A stretch of 41,532 nucleotides of DNA from a virus (taxonomy: Duplodnaviria > Caudoviricetes), in IMG/VR virus record IMGVR_UViG_3300024275_000015, positions 1 through 41,532 of that record; one strand, written 5' to 3'. The stretch's first letter is position 1; every line of letters starts with the position of its first letter. Below the pieces are notes generated by a model. The model did not search any database, was not told where the DNA came from, and saw nothing but the letters and a program-made list of their open reading frames with translations. Made by a program: the position numbers and the translations under genes. Positions 16,831 to 24,700 of the stretch are shown here, piece after piece.

Positions 16831-17745
16831 GTGACACAGCCCAACCCGTTCGCGCCGACCGTTCCCGCGGCGGCCGAGCAGCAGCCCAACCCGTTCGGGC
16901 AGCAGCCCGCGGCGCCGGCCGCCGTGCAGCAGTACGCCCCGCCCGCTCAGCAGCAGCCCGCGGCCGTCAACCCGTTCGGCGCGCCGCAGGGGCAGCCCCC
17001 CGCGCCCGCGCAGGCGTACGCGCCCGCTCAGCCCGTCGCGCCGCAGCAGTACGCGCCGCCCGCGGGCGGCAACCCGTTCGCCCCACAGCAGCAGTACGCC
17101 GCGCCGGCGCCGGGCGCCGTGCAGGCGTACGCCCCGCCCGCGGCGCCCGTGCAGCAGTACGCCCCGCAGCAGCAGGCGCCGGCCGCCCCGCCGCAGCTCG
17201 GCACGCTCGCCGCCGCGCCGCCCCCGGTCGCGGGTGGCGGTCGCGGGCCGAAGCTGCCCGACATGTACGGCCGACTCGTCATCGCGTTCCCGCACTCGCT
17301 CAAGCGCGTCCCGCGTCGGCCCGAGCACATCACGGCCGAGCAGCGCGCGGCCGGCAACGTCGATCAGGACCAGATGACGGTTACGTTCGTCGTGCTCGAC
17401 TCGGGCCCGGGCACGCCGCCCGGTACCGGGTTCATCGACTTCGGCGGCGCCCCGCACGCCCTGCCGCCGACGCCGCACACCGATCGGGAGATGCTCCCGT
17501 ACATCCGCAAGGGCATGTGGATCAATCAGAGTCGCCTGATCGGGCAGCTTCGCGATTTCATGCCCGGGGCGGCGAACTCGGGCCCGCACGGCTCGCCCGG
17601 CATGGTGTGCGGCCGGCTCGTCAAGACCGGGCCCGAGAGTAACGCCCCCTGGTTTCTGACGACCGCGACCGCCGAAGAGCTCACGACGGCGGGGCAGTAC
17701 CTCTCGCTCGTCGCCGAGGGTCGGTACCCGCACCCGCTCGCGTGA
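16831..17745 (+). CDS. Putative ssDNA-binding/recombination protein with P/A/Q-rich NPF-repeat N-terminus
   Basis: Located between exonuclease and RusA; C-terminal GRLVI...VVLD...LIGQL...GRL...PW pattern resembles actinophage OB-fold-like proteins. Confidence 0.6.
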   Translation: MTQPNPFAPTVPAAAEQQPNPFGQQPAAPAAVQQYAPPAQQQPAAVNPFGAPQGQPPAPAQAYAPAQPVAPQQYAPPAGGNPFAPQQQYAAPAPGAVQAYAPPAAPVQQYAPQQQAPAAPPQLGTLAAAPPPVAGGGRGPKLPDMYGRLVIAFPHSLKRVPRRPEHITAEQRAAGNVDQDQMTVTFVVLDSGPGTPPGTGFIDFGGAPHALPPTPHTDREMLPYIRKGMWINQSRLIGQLRDFMPGAANSGPHGSPGMVCGRLVKTGPESNAPWFLTTATAEELTTAGQYLSLVAEGRYPHPLA

Positions 17746-18200
17746 GACTGTCGATCACGGTGGTCGGCCGCCCGGCGCCGCAGGGGTCACACGACCTCGG
17801 TAGCGCCGGGCAGTTTCTCGACTCATCGCCCTACCTCGCCGCATGGCGGCAGGCGGTCAAGATTGCCGCGTGGCGATCCTGCTCACAGATCGGCGTCATG
17901 CCCTCGGCCCTGCCCGCCTTCGCGGCCGACGTGCCCGTGATCTTCGAGCGGATCACGTTCTACCTCGCCCCCGAGCAGTGTCGCGCGGCCGGCACAGACG
18001 CGCCGATCGGCAAGCCTGACGTCGACAAGCTGCTGCGCGCGACGCTCGACGCGCTCGGCGGCGCACACGACCCCAAGCAGCACGCCCGTCTCTACGTCGA
18101 CGACTCGCAGGTCGTCGAGGTGCGGCACCTCAGCAAGGAACGCGCGCCGGCCGGAAGCCGACCGGGCGCATTGATCATCGTCACCGATGGGAGAGATTGA
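17742..18200 (+). CDS. rusA: RusA-family Holliday junction resolvase
   Basis: GRPAPQGS, KPDVDKLLRATLDAL, YVDDSQVV. Confidence 0.92.
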   Translation: MRLSITVVGRPAPQGSHDLGSAGQFLDSSPYLAAWRQAVKIAAWRSCSQIGVMPSALPAFAADVPVIFERITFYLAPEQCRAAGTDAPIGKPDVDKLLRATLDALGGAHDPKQHARLYVDDSQVVEVRHLSKERAPAGSRPGALIIVTDGRD

Positions 18201-18203
18201 CCG

Positions 18204-18785
18204 ATGACTATCACGTATCGCGTGCTCGTGATTCGGCAGGATGCGCCGCGGCGCGCCAACATGCTCAGCTCGGCCATGGTCGAGGCGGCGCCCGAGGTGC
18301 TCTTCGAGGCGGCGGGCCCCGACGCCGGCCGCCTGCTCGCCTTCGCGCCCGACGAGGTCGCCGCGGCGCTCAACGCCGTCGGCTTCGCCGAGGCGTCCCG
18401 GAAGGCGACCGGGCTCGTCGACGTCGAGGCGCTCGCGGCCGTGGTCGCCGAAGAGCCCGACGCGCCGGCCGTCAACCCGCCCGGGCACTTCCGGCCGGCC
18501 GGCACGCCCGCGGCGACCGATCCGGCGCCGCGGCGCAAGCGGCGCACGAAGGCCGAGATCGCGGCCGACGAGGCGGCGGCGAAGCTCGCGGCGCAGCAGG
18601 CGGGCGCCGACCCTGCGACGGCCGCCGCGGTCGCGCAGGTCGGCGAGGCGGCCGACACCGTCGTCGAGGCGCAGCTCGCGCAGCCCGTCGACGAGCCGGC
18701 GCCCGAGCAGCACGTTGAGCCGGCGCCGGCACCCGCCCCGGTCGCCGCGGCGGCGCCGGCCGTCCCGTACAACCCGTTCGCCTAG
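18204..18785 (+). CDS. Ala/Pro-rich protein with RKRRTKAEI basic motif and C-terminal NPF
   Basis: GGGAGAG SD; 193 aa. Confidence 0.75.
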   Translation: MTITYRVLVIRQDAPRRANMLSSAMVEAAPEVLFEAAGPDAGRLLAFAPDEVAAALNAVGFAEASRKATGLVDVEALAAVVAEEPDAPAVNPPGHFRPAGTPAATDPAPRRKRRTKAEIAADEAAAKLAAQQAGADPATAAAVAQVGEAADTVVEAQLAQPVDEPAPEQHVEPAPAPAPVAAAAPAVPYNPFA

Positions 18786-18821
18786 CAGGAAACCTGCTAG
18801 GTTTTCTGCTAGACTTACGGC
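18781..18821 (+). promoter_or_regulatory. Triple operator and leaderless-type promoter
   Basis: Heptamers at 18782, 18794 and 18806, each 5 bp apart; TGcTAGACT then 6 nt to ATG 18822. Confidence 0.8.
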
Positions 18822-19007
18822 ATGGCAAACGACGAGGTCGAGCAGAGCACCGAGCAGATTCTCACCGCGGCGCTCGTCGTGCAGGTCAAGCAGGCGCTCG
18901 ACCTCGGGCACGAGCTCGCCGACGTCCTAGAGAGCTTCGAGGGCGGCCCGTACGGCGAGCTCGCGGTGAGCGTGATCGAAGGTCTTGCCCGGATGAAGGC
19001 GCTCTAG
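18822..19007 (+). CDS. Small acidic helical protein (61 aa)
   Basis: Own promoter; stop overlaps the convergent holin stop. Confidence 0.7.
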   Translation: MANDEVEQSTEQILTAALVVQVKQALDLGHELADVLESFEGGPYGELAVSVIEGLARMKAL

Positions 19008-19375
19008 CGCGCGACGGTCGCCGCGGTGACAGTCTCGCCCTCGATGATCCGGCCGCCGGACGTCGAGGGCGAGACCTGCGACCGGATGCCGAACAGGGCG
19101 AACCCGCCGAGCACGAGGGACGTCAGGAAGCCGACCCACGCATCGGTGAGGTGCAAGCCGTACTGCGCCATGATGGCGACGAGTACCGTGCCGGCCGCGA
19201 CGAACAGGGCGGGCGAAACCGGCCGGGTGCGCACGGCGATCACGACCGCCGACAGGAAGGCGACGATGCCCGCCGCGGCGGCCGGGGGTAGCCAGTCGAT
19301 GCCGAGCGCCGCGGCGCTGGTCAGTACCGACCCGATGATGCCGACGACGAGGGCCGGCTCGCGAACGATTCTCAT
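19004..19375 (-). CDS. Holin-like four-TM membrane protein
   Basis: MRIVREPALVVG...; four hydrophobic helices; C-terminal RSQVSP motif typical of actinophage holins. Confidence 0.8.
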   Translation of the reverse strand: MRIVREPALVVGIIGSVLTSAAALGIDWLPPAAAAGIVAFLSAVVIAVRTRPVSPALFVAAGTVLVAIMAQYGLHLTDAWVGFLTSLVLGGFALFGIRSQVSPSTSGGRIIEGETVTAATVAR

Positions 19376-19381
19376 GCCCGC

Positions 19382-19411
19382 AGCGTACCGCGCTAGCAGG
19401 TTACCTAGCAG
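19382..19411 (-). promoter_or_regulatory. Operator pair (N5) and TACGCT -10 upstream of the holin
   Basis: Heptamers at 19393 and 19405; hexamer 6 nt before ATG 19375. Confidence 0.7.
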
Positions 19412-19755
19412 GGGTCGAGCGGCAGGGGCGGGTTCGCGGCCCGCACCGCGTCGGTGTACTGCCGAGCAGCGACGTCGGCCGCCCGCAGCGCCTTCGCGTC
19501 GGGGCCCCCGGGCTGCGGGCCCGCGACGAGGGCGGCGTCGGCGCGGCGCTCGGCGTCGGTCGCCTTCGAGATGACGACCGTACGGGCGGCGTCGGCGCGC
19601 TGCTGATCGGCGACGCACTGCGTGAACTGCTGCAATTGCCAGTAGAGCACCGCGCTCACGAGCAACGCGAACATAGCGACGAGCGTCGTTGCCGCCCGCA
19701 TCGTCGGCGTGCCGGCCCATGCGAGCCACTTCGGCGGCGTCTCGGGAATCGTCAC
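19405..19755 (-). CDS. Lysis-cassette membrane protein (single TM plus helical ectodomain with two Cys)
   Basis: GTG 19755; TM, then QCV...NPPLPLDPC. Confidence 0.75.
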   Translation of the reverse strand: MTIPETPPKWLAWAGTPTMRAATTLVAMFALLVSAVLYWQLQQFTQCVADQQRADAARTVVISKATDAERRADAALVAGPQPGGPDAKALRAADVAARQYTDAVRAANPPLPLDPC

Positions 19756-19895
19756 CGCTTCGACCCCCGCCCGCGGCGGCCGTGCTGCCGCGTCTCGTGG
19801 TCGGCGAGCAGCTTGCGCCCGACGAGCCCTAGCCCGGACCACACGACGGCCCATGCGACCGCGTCGGCGGCGTACTGCGGGTCAAATGCGCTCAT
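19752..19895 (-). CDS. Small single-TM lysis-cassette protein (47 aa)
   Basis: Not in track; MSAFDPQYAADAVAWAVVWSGLGLVGRK...; ATGA and GTGA overlaps on both sides. Confidence 0.6.
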   Translation of the reverse strand: MSAFDPQYAADAVAWAVVWSGLGLVGRKLLADHETRQHGRRGRGSKR

Positions 19896-20110
19896 GCGCG
19901 GTCGCCTTCCTTGTCGGCCTTAGACGATCGGCGGGCGGCGCCCCGCTTTCGGGCGATCGTATCGCCACCCGAAAGGGCGAGCCACAGGGCGGCCGGAAAG
20001 CCGATCAGGACTGCGCTCGGTATCTGCTTGAGCCACAACGACACGCCGACCATGGCGAGCCACGCGAGCATGCCGACGAGCAGCACGAACAACCGCGCCC
20101 ACAGGGGCAT
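19892..20110 (-). CDS. Two-TM holin-like protein with basic C-terminal tail
   Basis: MPLWARLFVLLVG...; immediately downstream of the endolysin. Confidence 0.75.
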   Translation of the reverse strand: MPLWARLFVLLVGMLAWLAMVGVSLWLKQIPSAVLIGFPAALWLALSGGDTIARKRGAARRSSKADKEGDRA

Positions 20111-20135
20111 TACGTGCCCGCCTTCCCGAGATCGA

Positions 20136-20173
20136 AACGGCCCGCCGCGCACGGGGAGTCACGGCGGGCCGTT
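20136..20173 (-). terminator. 12-bp perfect hairpin between endolysin and holin-like genes
   Basis: AACGGCCCGCCG/CGGCGGGCCGTT. Confidence 0.6.
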
Positions 20174-20221
20174 AAGAGAAACATAAAGGTTCACGTATCG
20201 GGACGGCAGGGGGGCTGCTCG

Positions 20222-20938
20222 TTACTTGCCCGGGCCGGCCCACGCCCCGAACACGTTGCGGTAGATGTGCTCGGTGAGCACGCGGCACGACGACTCGGGC
20301 TCGTGCATCCATGCGGCGATCGCCTTCGTCGTCGCGGGCCCCCACACGCCGTCAACCTTCGCGCCCGTGAGTCGCTGAATGCGGGCGACGAGGTTGTACC
20401 CGTCGAGCTTCGAGTCGTCGTCGCCCTGCCTGAGCTGCGGAATGACGACGGTCATGGTCATTTGCACGGGAACCCTCGCAGGCTGCTTGTCGGCGTTGAT
20501 CTTGTTGGCGATCCGGGTCGCGTCGGCGATGCCCCTGTTGATCTCGAAATGCATGTCGTCGTCGGTGGTCGAGACGTAGTCGCCGCCCCACCGGATGACG
20601 CCCTCGTAGTACTTGAGGCGGTCGCGTATCTTCGCCTGCTGCGCCGACGTGAACGTGTCGCGATTGCCTCGCGGGTGCTTCGTCCAGTTGAGATCTTCGG
20701 CCGTGCCGCTCGCGTGGTTGCTCTTCGTCTTCGAGCCCGCGATGACGCGGTTGTTGTACCCGCCGCACTGCGACTGTATGAGCGGCTCGATCTCGCGGTT
20801 GAACCATGCGGCGAAGTCGAGCAGCACGACGGAGGTTGCGCCCTTGCGCAGGTTGAGTGTGACCGCCGAGCCCGGAACGGTGAACTTCGAGATCAGGGTC
20901 GGGTCGATCGAGTAGCCATTCTGTGACCGGTCGGTCAT
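20222..20938 (-). CDS. Endolysin: M15 Zn peptidase plus peptidoglycan-binding domain
   Basis: SQNG start, GYNNR, SNHASGTAEDLNW, RWGGDY, DMHFE; VDGVWGPATTKAI binding repeat. Confidence 0.92.
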   Translation of the reverse strand: MTDRSQNGYSIDPTLISKFTVPGSAVTLNLRKGATSVVLLDFAAWFNREIEPLIQSQCGGYNNRVIAGSKTKSNHASGTAEDLNWTKHPRGNRDTFTSAQQAKIRDRLKYYEGVIRWGGDYVSTTDDDMHFEINRGIADATRIANKINADKQPARVPVQMTMTVVIPQLRQGDDDSKLDGYNLVARIQRLTGAKVDGVWGPATTKAIAAWMHEPESSCRVLTEHIYRNVFGAWAGPGK

Positions 20939-21072
20939 GCGAAGCACCCCTCGTCGTCGATGGGCGCCTCGCCGTCGGCCGCCGCTTCGTCGTACGCGTC
21001 GGCCGGCATCTCGGCGTCGGCGACGGCGAAGGGCGTCTCGTCGTAAGGTGGGAACTCTTCGGGTTCGTCCAT
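20935..21072 (-). CDS. Highly acidic 45-aa peptide coupled to the endolysin
   Basis: 16 D/E and no K/R; ATGA overlap; TACTCT hexamer 7 nt upstream. Confidence 0.6.
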   Translation of the reverse strand: MDEPEEFPPYDETPFAVADAEMPADAYDEAAADGEAPIDDEGCFA

Positions 21073-21101
21073 GCCCCCGAGAGTACCCGCGAACCTGCTA
21101 G

Positions 21102-21554
21102 CTAATTGGCGATGCGGTCGACGTACAGGAACCCGGGCGCCGACGACGACGCGCGGACACGGTGGGCCGTTCCCGTGCCGGCGCTGCGCTGCCCCGTGAG
21201 TACGAAGGTCTTCGACGCGGTGCTGCTCGCGGTCCATTCGGTATAGAGATGCGCCTGAAACCCGTTCGTCGAGTTGCTCGCGATGTTGACCTGCTGCAAT
21301 TGAAGCTGCGTACCCGCGACCGTGTCTTCGCGGATACGCATGTTGTCGGCGTCGGCCGCGACGTCGCTCGATACCTTGCCCTCGAAAACGATCTTGTAGG
21401 TCGCGCCGGCGATGGCCGAGATCGTGATCGAGGCGGCAACCGTCTCGGTCGTGCCCCATGTCGTCGAGTCCGAAGTGATCTTGTTGGTATTGACCCGGTC
21501 GATGAGCTCGTTGATATCGGCCGCGTAAACGACATCTCCGCCGAAAACCGTCAT
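21102..21554 (-). CDS. Minor tail protein (150 aa)
   Basis: FGGDVVYAADIN N-terminal motif typical of actinophage tail-tip proteins; Thr/Ser-rich beta domain; AGGGAGGA SD. Confidence 0.8.
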   Translation of the reverse strand: MTVFGGDVVYAADINELIDRVNTNKITSDSTTWGTTETVAASITISAIAGATYKIVFEGKVSSDVAADADNMRIREDTVAGTQLQLQQVNIASNSTNGFQAHLYTEWTASSTASKTFVLTGQRSAGTGTAHRVRASSSAPGFLYVDRIAN

Positions 21555-21568
21555 GCCCGATTCCTCCC

Positions 21569-24500
21569 TTACAGCCCGTATCGGGCAGGCGTAGCGATGC
21601 GAACGGCCGAGCTTGCGGGCAGCGCCTTCGGGAACCCGTCGACGGCCCGCGCAAGCGTGCCGAGCTGCCGCCAATTGAGCGAGTCGGTACGCACGATATC
21701 GATGTCGTCGGTGTTGAGCGTCGTGCCGTTCGCGGGCGAGCTGCCCATCGTCGGGCCGTACTCGATACGGGTCGTCGACGCCGGCGCCGCGCCGCTCGTG
21801 ACCGAGATGAGCGTCCATGTGTTCGCGGTCACCGCGACGGCGTTGAACGCCGACGAGAGGTACGTGACGCCGTTGTAGAAGTCGATCACCGCGGTCACGG
21901 TCCGGGTGGCCGAGCAGTAGACCCACATCGACGCCGTGTACGTGCGTCCGGGCGCGCTCGGGAGCGTCGTGCCGTGCTCGCGGATGAGCGCCTGCGAGGG
22001 GCTGCCCGAGACGACGAGCTTCGCCGAATTGCTGCCCGTGTGCGCGAGGGTCGAGTCGAGCGAGATCGTGCCGCCCGAGCCGATCCACCCGCCGAGCCCC
22101 CGCTCGAAGGTGCCATCTTCGACGGCCACGCTATCGGGCAACGACATGCCGATGACGCGGTTGAGCTGCCCCGCGATCTTGAGCACGTATCCGGGCGTGC
22201 TCGACCAAAAACCGTCACGGGTTTCGGCGACGATGCTCACGAGGTCATCAGTCTCGTCGAGGGCGAGCTCGGTGTACGAGCGCACGTCGTAGCGGTACGC
22301 AGTGTCGTCGTAGGCGCCGACGAGCCACGGCTGAGCGGGCGAGCAGGAGAGCTCGACATCCCATCGATAGTTATTGATCGTCTCGGTGTATCCCTCGATG
22401 ATGACGTCGATCACCTCGCCCGCGAGCTGCGCGTCGGGCGGATTGGCGATCGTGAGCCGCGAGCCGATGCGGCAGGCGAGCCATGAGGGGATGAGCTCAG
22501 GGTGCGCAACAAGGTTGATCTTGATGCGCGGCCACCGTAGATAGTCCGCCGTGCCGAGACTGAGGAACCAACCCGCGAAGTCGCGCAGGCGCACGTCGTA
22601 CGCGATATTGAGCTCTTTGCTGTCGTCGTACGTGCCTGCGGCGTCGATCGATGGCTGATCGATGAGCGTGACCGACGAGCCGTTCGTGCGGCTCACGGTG
22701 ATCTGATTACGCAGGCGCTGATCGTCGTCGGTCGGCTCGGGCGCCTCGTCGAGGTGACCGAGGGACCAATCCAGCGCGAGGGCAACGGGCGGGTTGTAGC
22801 GGCGCACCCGCGGGATGAACATGAGGGCGTTTCCGCGCTCGCACAAGATCGCCTGATCGGCCGCCTCGCACTCGCGCAGCAGGTCGACGAGCTTCGCCGC
22901 GCGCTGCCTGCCCATCGGCTCGGTATCGCCCCCGAGCCGGTACATCGGCACGTTGTTCTCGGCGCACAGTCGAGCGGCCCGGTCGCCCGCCTCTTCGCCG
23001 ATGTATCCGTCGGCGACGAGCATGAATGTCGTATCGACGAAGGGCAGGTCGTTGTCGCCGAACCATAGATGAGCGATCGACATATTGTCTGACCCGCTGA
23101 TCATCGAGAAATAGGTCGGCCGGAACGAGGTGCCGGCGTACGTGTCGGTCATCGCAAAGAATGTCTGACTACCGACTTGATGGAAGATCAGGGCGACTGT
23201 GACCGTGCCGCCCGAGACGTTCGTCTCCATTTGCATAGCGACCCATTGCGTCGGGTCGACGCCGTACAGCGCAGGGCCGTTGTTGGCGATGAGCGTGTTG
23301 TCGCTGTCGAAGCCCGACCATGAGATCGTGGTCGCGTCGACGTGCACCTCGAAGCGGGTCATCGTGCCTACGCACTTGATCTCGACCATTTCCGTCGAGA
23401 TCGAGGGCAGGGTATCCATGCGGAAAAACCACAGGGCCGAGAAACCGTCGGGCGTGTTCGTGCTCGAAATGGGCACGTTGATAATCGAGCTCGCGCCCGT
23501 GTTTAGCACGGCGGTCGGCGCCGAGCCGGCAAGCGTGTCGTCGGCACCGAAGCTCACGTCGAAGACGCTCGCCGACCTCTTGCCCGTCGCCTCGACCGCC
23601 TGCGTTGCGCCGGCCGCCGCTTCGAGCGGGAAGTACCCGAACGTCGTTACGCCACGCGCTGCCTGCGAGCTGAGCTGGTTGTAGATCGGGCTATTGACCG
23701 GGCTGCTGCCCTGCGAGAGACGCCGCAGGATGCCCGCGGCGGCAATGGGCAGGGTCGAGTCTTTCCCGCTCTTCTCGGGCCACTTGGGGGACCACTCGGG
23801 CACGTTGCCCGACCACAGGATGTTGGTCAGGGTGAAGTCGTCGATCTTCGCGGTGTACGTGCCGGCGTTCGTGTTGATCCGCCAACCGAACCAACCGGCG
23901 CCGGCGCCCTCGACCGAGTCATCGGTCGTCGCGCCCTGCCACGTGCTCGGCTCGTCGGCGAGCGTGCCGAGCCACGCCTTGACCATGATGTATGGGCCGT
24001 CGGCGCGCGCCTTCCCCCATACCTTCGTGCCGGCCGAATAGCTCAGCCCGGTCGCGGTGAGCGCGAGTAGGTCGGATTGTGCGCCGAGGTACTGCCGTTG
24101 CACCTTGACGGCGATCGTGCCGGCCGCTTGCAGCTCGACGTGCGCACGGATGTAGTTGCTCGCGTCGGTGTGGCGCAGCAGGGCGGCCGAGACGAAGCTC
24201 GCCCCGGTCGGCATCACGGCGAGGGTGGTTGACCACACGATCTCGACGTCGGGCGAGCCGGCGCCCGTGACGACGTTGCGGGTCGCGTTGTTGATCGCGC
24301 CGGCCCACGTCGCCGACGAGCCGTCGACGGCCGCCGTGCCGTTGCTTACGGTCCATGCGAAGCCCTCGGGGCTCGACCCCCACCCGCTCGCCACGGTCCG
24401 CGTGAACGGGTCGTTAACCCGGTCCATGACGTACCTGAGCGGCGTGCCGCGGCCGAGGGCGCCGTAGTAGGGCCCTTGGATGTTCCGGGGGCTGAGGCGG

Positions 24501-24700
24501 CCGTCGCGGTTGTCCATGGTCGCCGAGAACGAGCCCGCCTCGACCTCAGTCGCCTCGTCGTCGCGGCCCGCCTCAACGACGACGTCGACGGCCGCGCGGC
24601 GCTTGCCGGCGTCGAGCCACGCGTATAGCGACGGGTCGCCCGCGGGATTGGCGCCCGGGGCGATCTCGACGCGCGTCTTGATCTTGGCTTCGCTGGTCAT
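21569..24700 (-). CDS. Large minor tail/baseplate protein with lectin-like (ConA/LamG) and carbohydrate-binding-module-like domains
   Basis: Directly after TMP; DNRDGRLSPRN, PTDDDQRLRN; C-terminal DGTFERGLGGW...YTASMWVY...TWTLIS CBM-like block. Confidence 0.85.
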   Translation of the reverse strand: MTSEAKIKTRVEIAPGANPAGDPSLYAWLDAGKRRAAVDVVVEAGRDDEATEVEAGSFSATMDNRDGRLSPRNIQGPYYGALGRGTPLRYVMDRVNDPFTRTVASGWGSSPEGFAWTVSNGTAAVDGSSATWAGAINNATRNVVTGAGSPDVEIVWSTTLAVMPTGASFVSAALLRHTDASNYIRAHVELQAAGTIAVKVQRQYLGAQSDLLALTATGLSYSAGTKVWGKARADGPYIMVKAWLGTLADEPSTWQGATTDDSVEGAGAGWFGWRINTNAGTYTAKIDDFTLTNILWSGNVPEWSPKWPEKSGKDSTLPIAAAGILRRLSQGSSPVNSPIYNQLSSQAARGVTTFGYFPLEAAAGATQAVEATGKRSASVFDVSFGADDTLAGSAPTAVLNTGASSIINVPISSTNTPDGFSALWFFRMDTLPSISTEMVEIKCVGTMTRFEVHVDATTISWSGFDSDNTLIANNGPALYGVDPTQWVAMQMETNVSGGTVTVALIFHQVGSQTFFAMTDTYAGTSFRPTYFSMISGSDNMSIAHLWFGDNDLPFVDTTFMLVADGYIGEEAGDRAARLCAENNVPMYRLGGDTEPMGRQRAAKLVDLLRECEAADQAILCERGNALMFIPRVRRYNPPVALALDWSLGHLDEAPEPTDDDQRLRNQITVSRTNGSSVTLIDQPSIDAAGTYDDSKELNIAYDVRLRDFAGWFLSLGTADYLRWPRIKINLVAHPELIPSWLACRIGSRLTIANPPDAQLAGEVIDVIIEGYTETINNYRWDVELSCSPAQPWLVGAYDDTAYRYDVRSYTELALDETDDLVSIVAETRDGFWSSTPGYVLKIAGQLNRVIGMSLPDSVAVEDGTFERGLGGWIGSGGTISLDSTLAHTGSNSAKLVVSGSPSQALIREHGTTLPSAPGRTYTASMWVYCSATRTVTAVIDFYNGVTYLSSAFNAVAVTANTWTLISVTSGAAPASTTRIEYGPTMGSSPANGTTLNTDDIDIVRTDSLNWRQLGTLARAVDGFPKALPASSAVRIATPARYGL

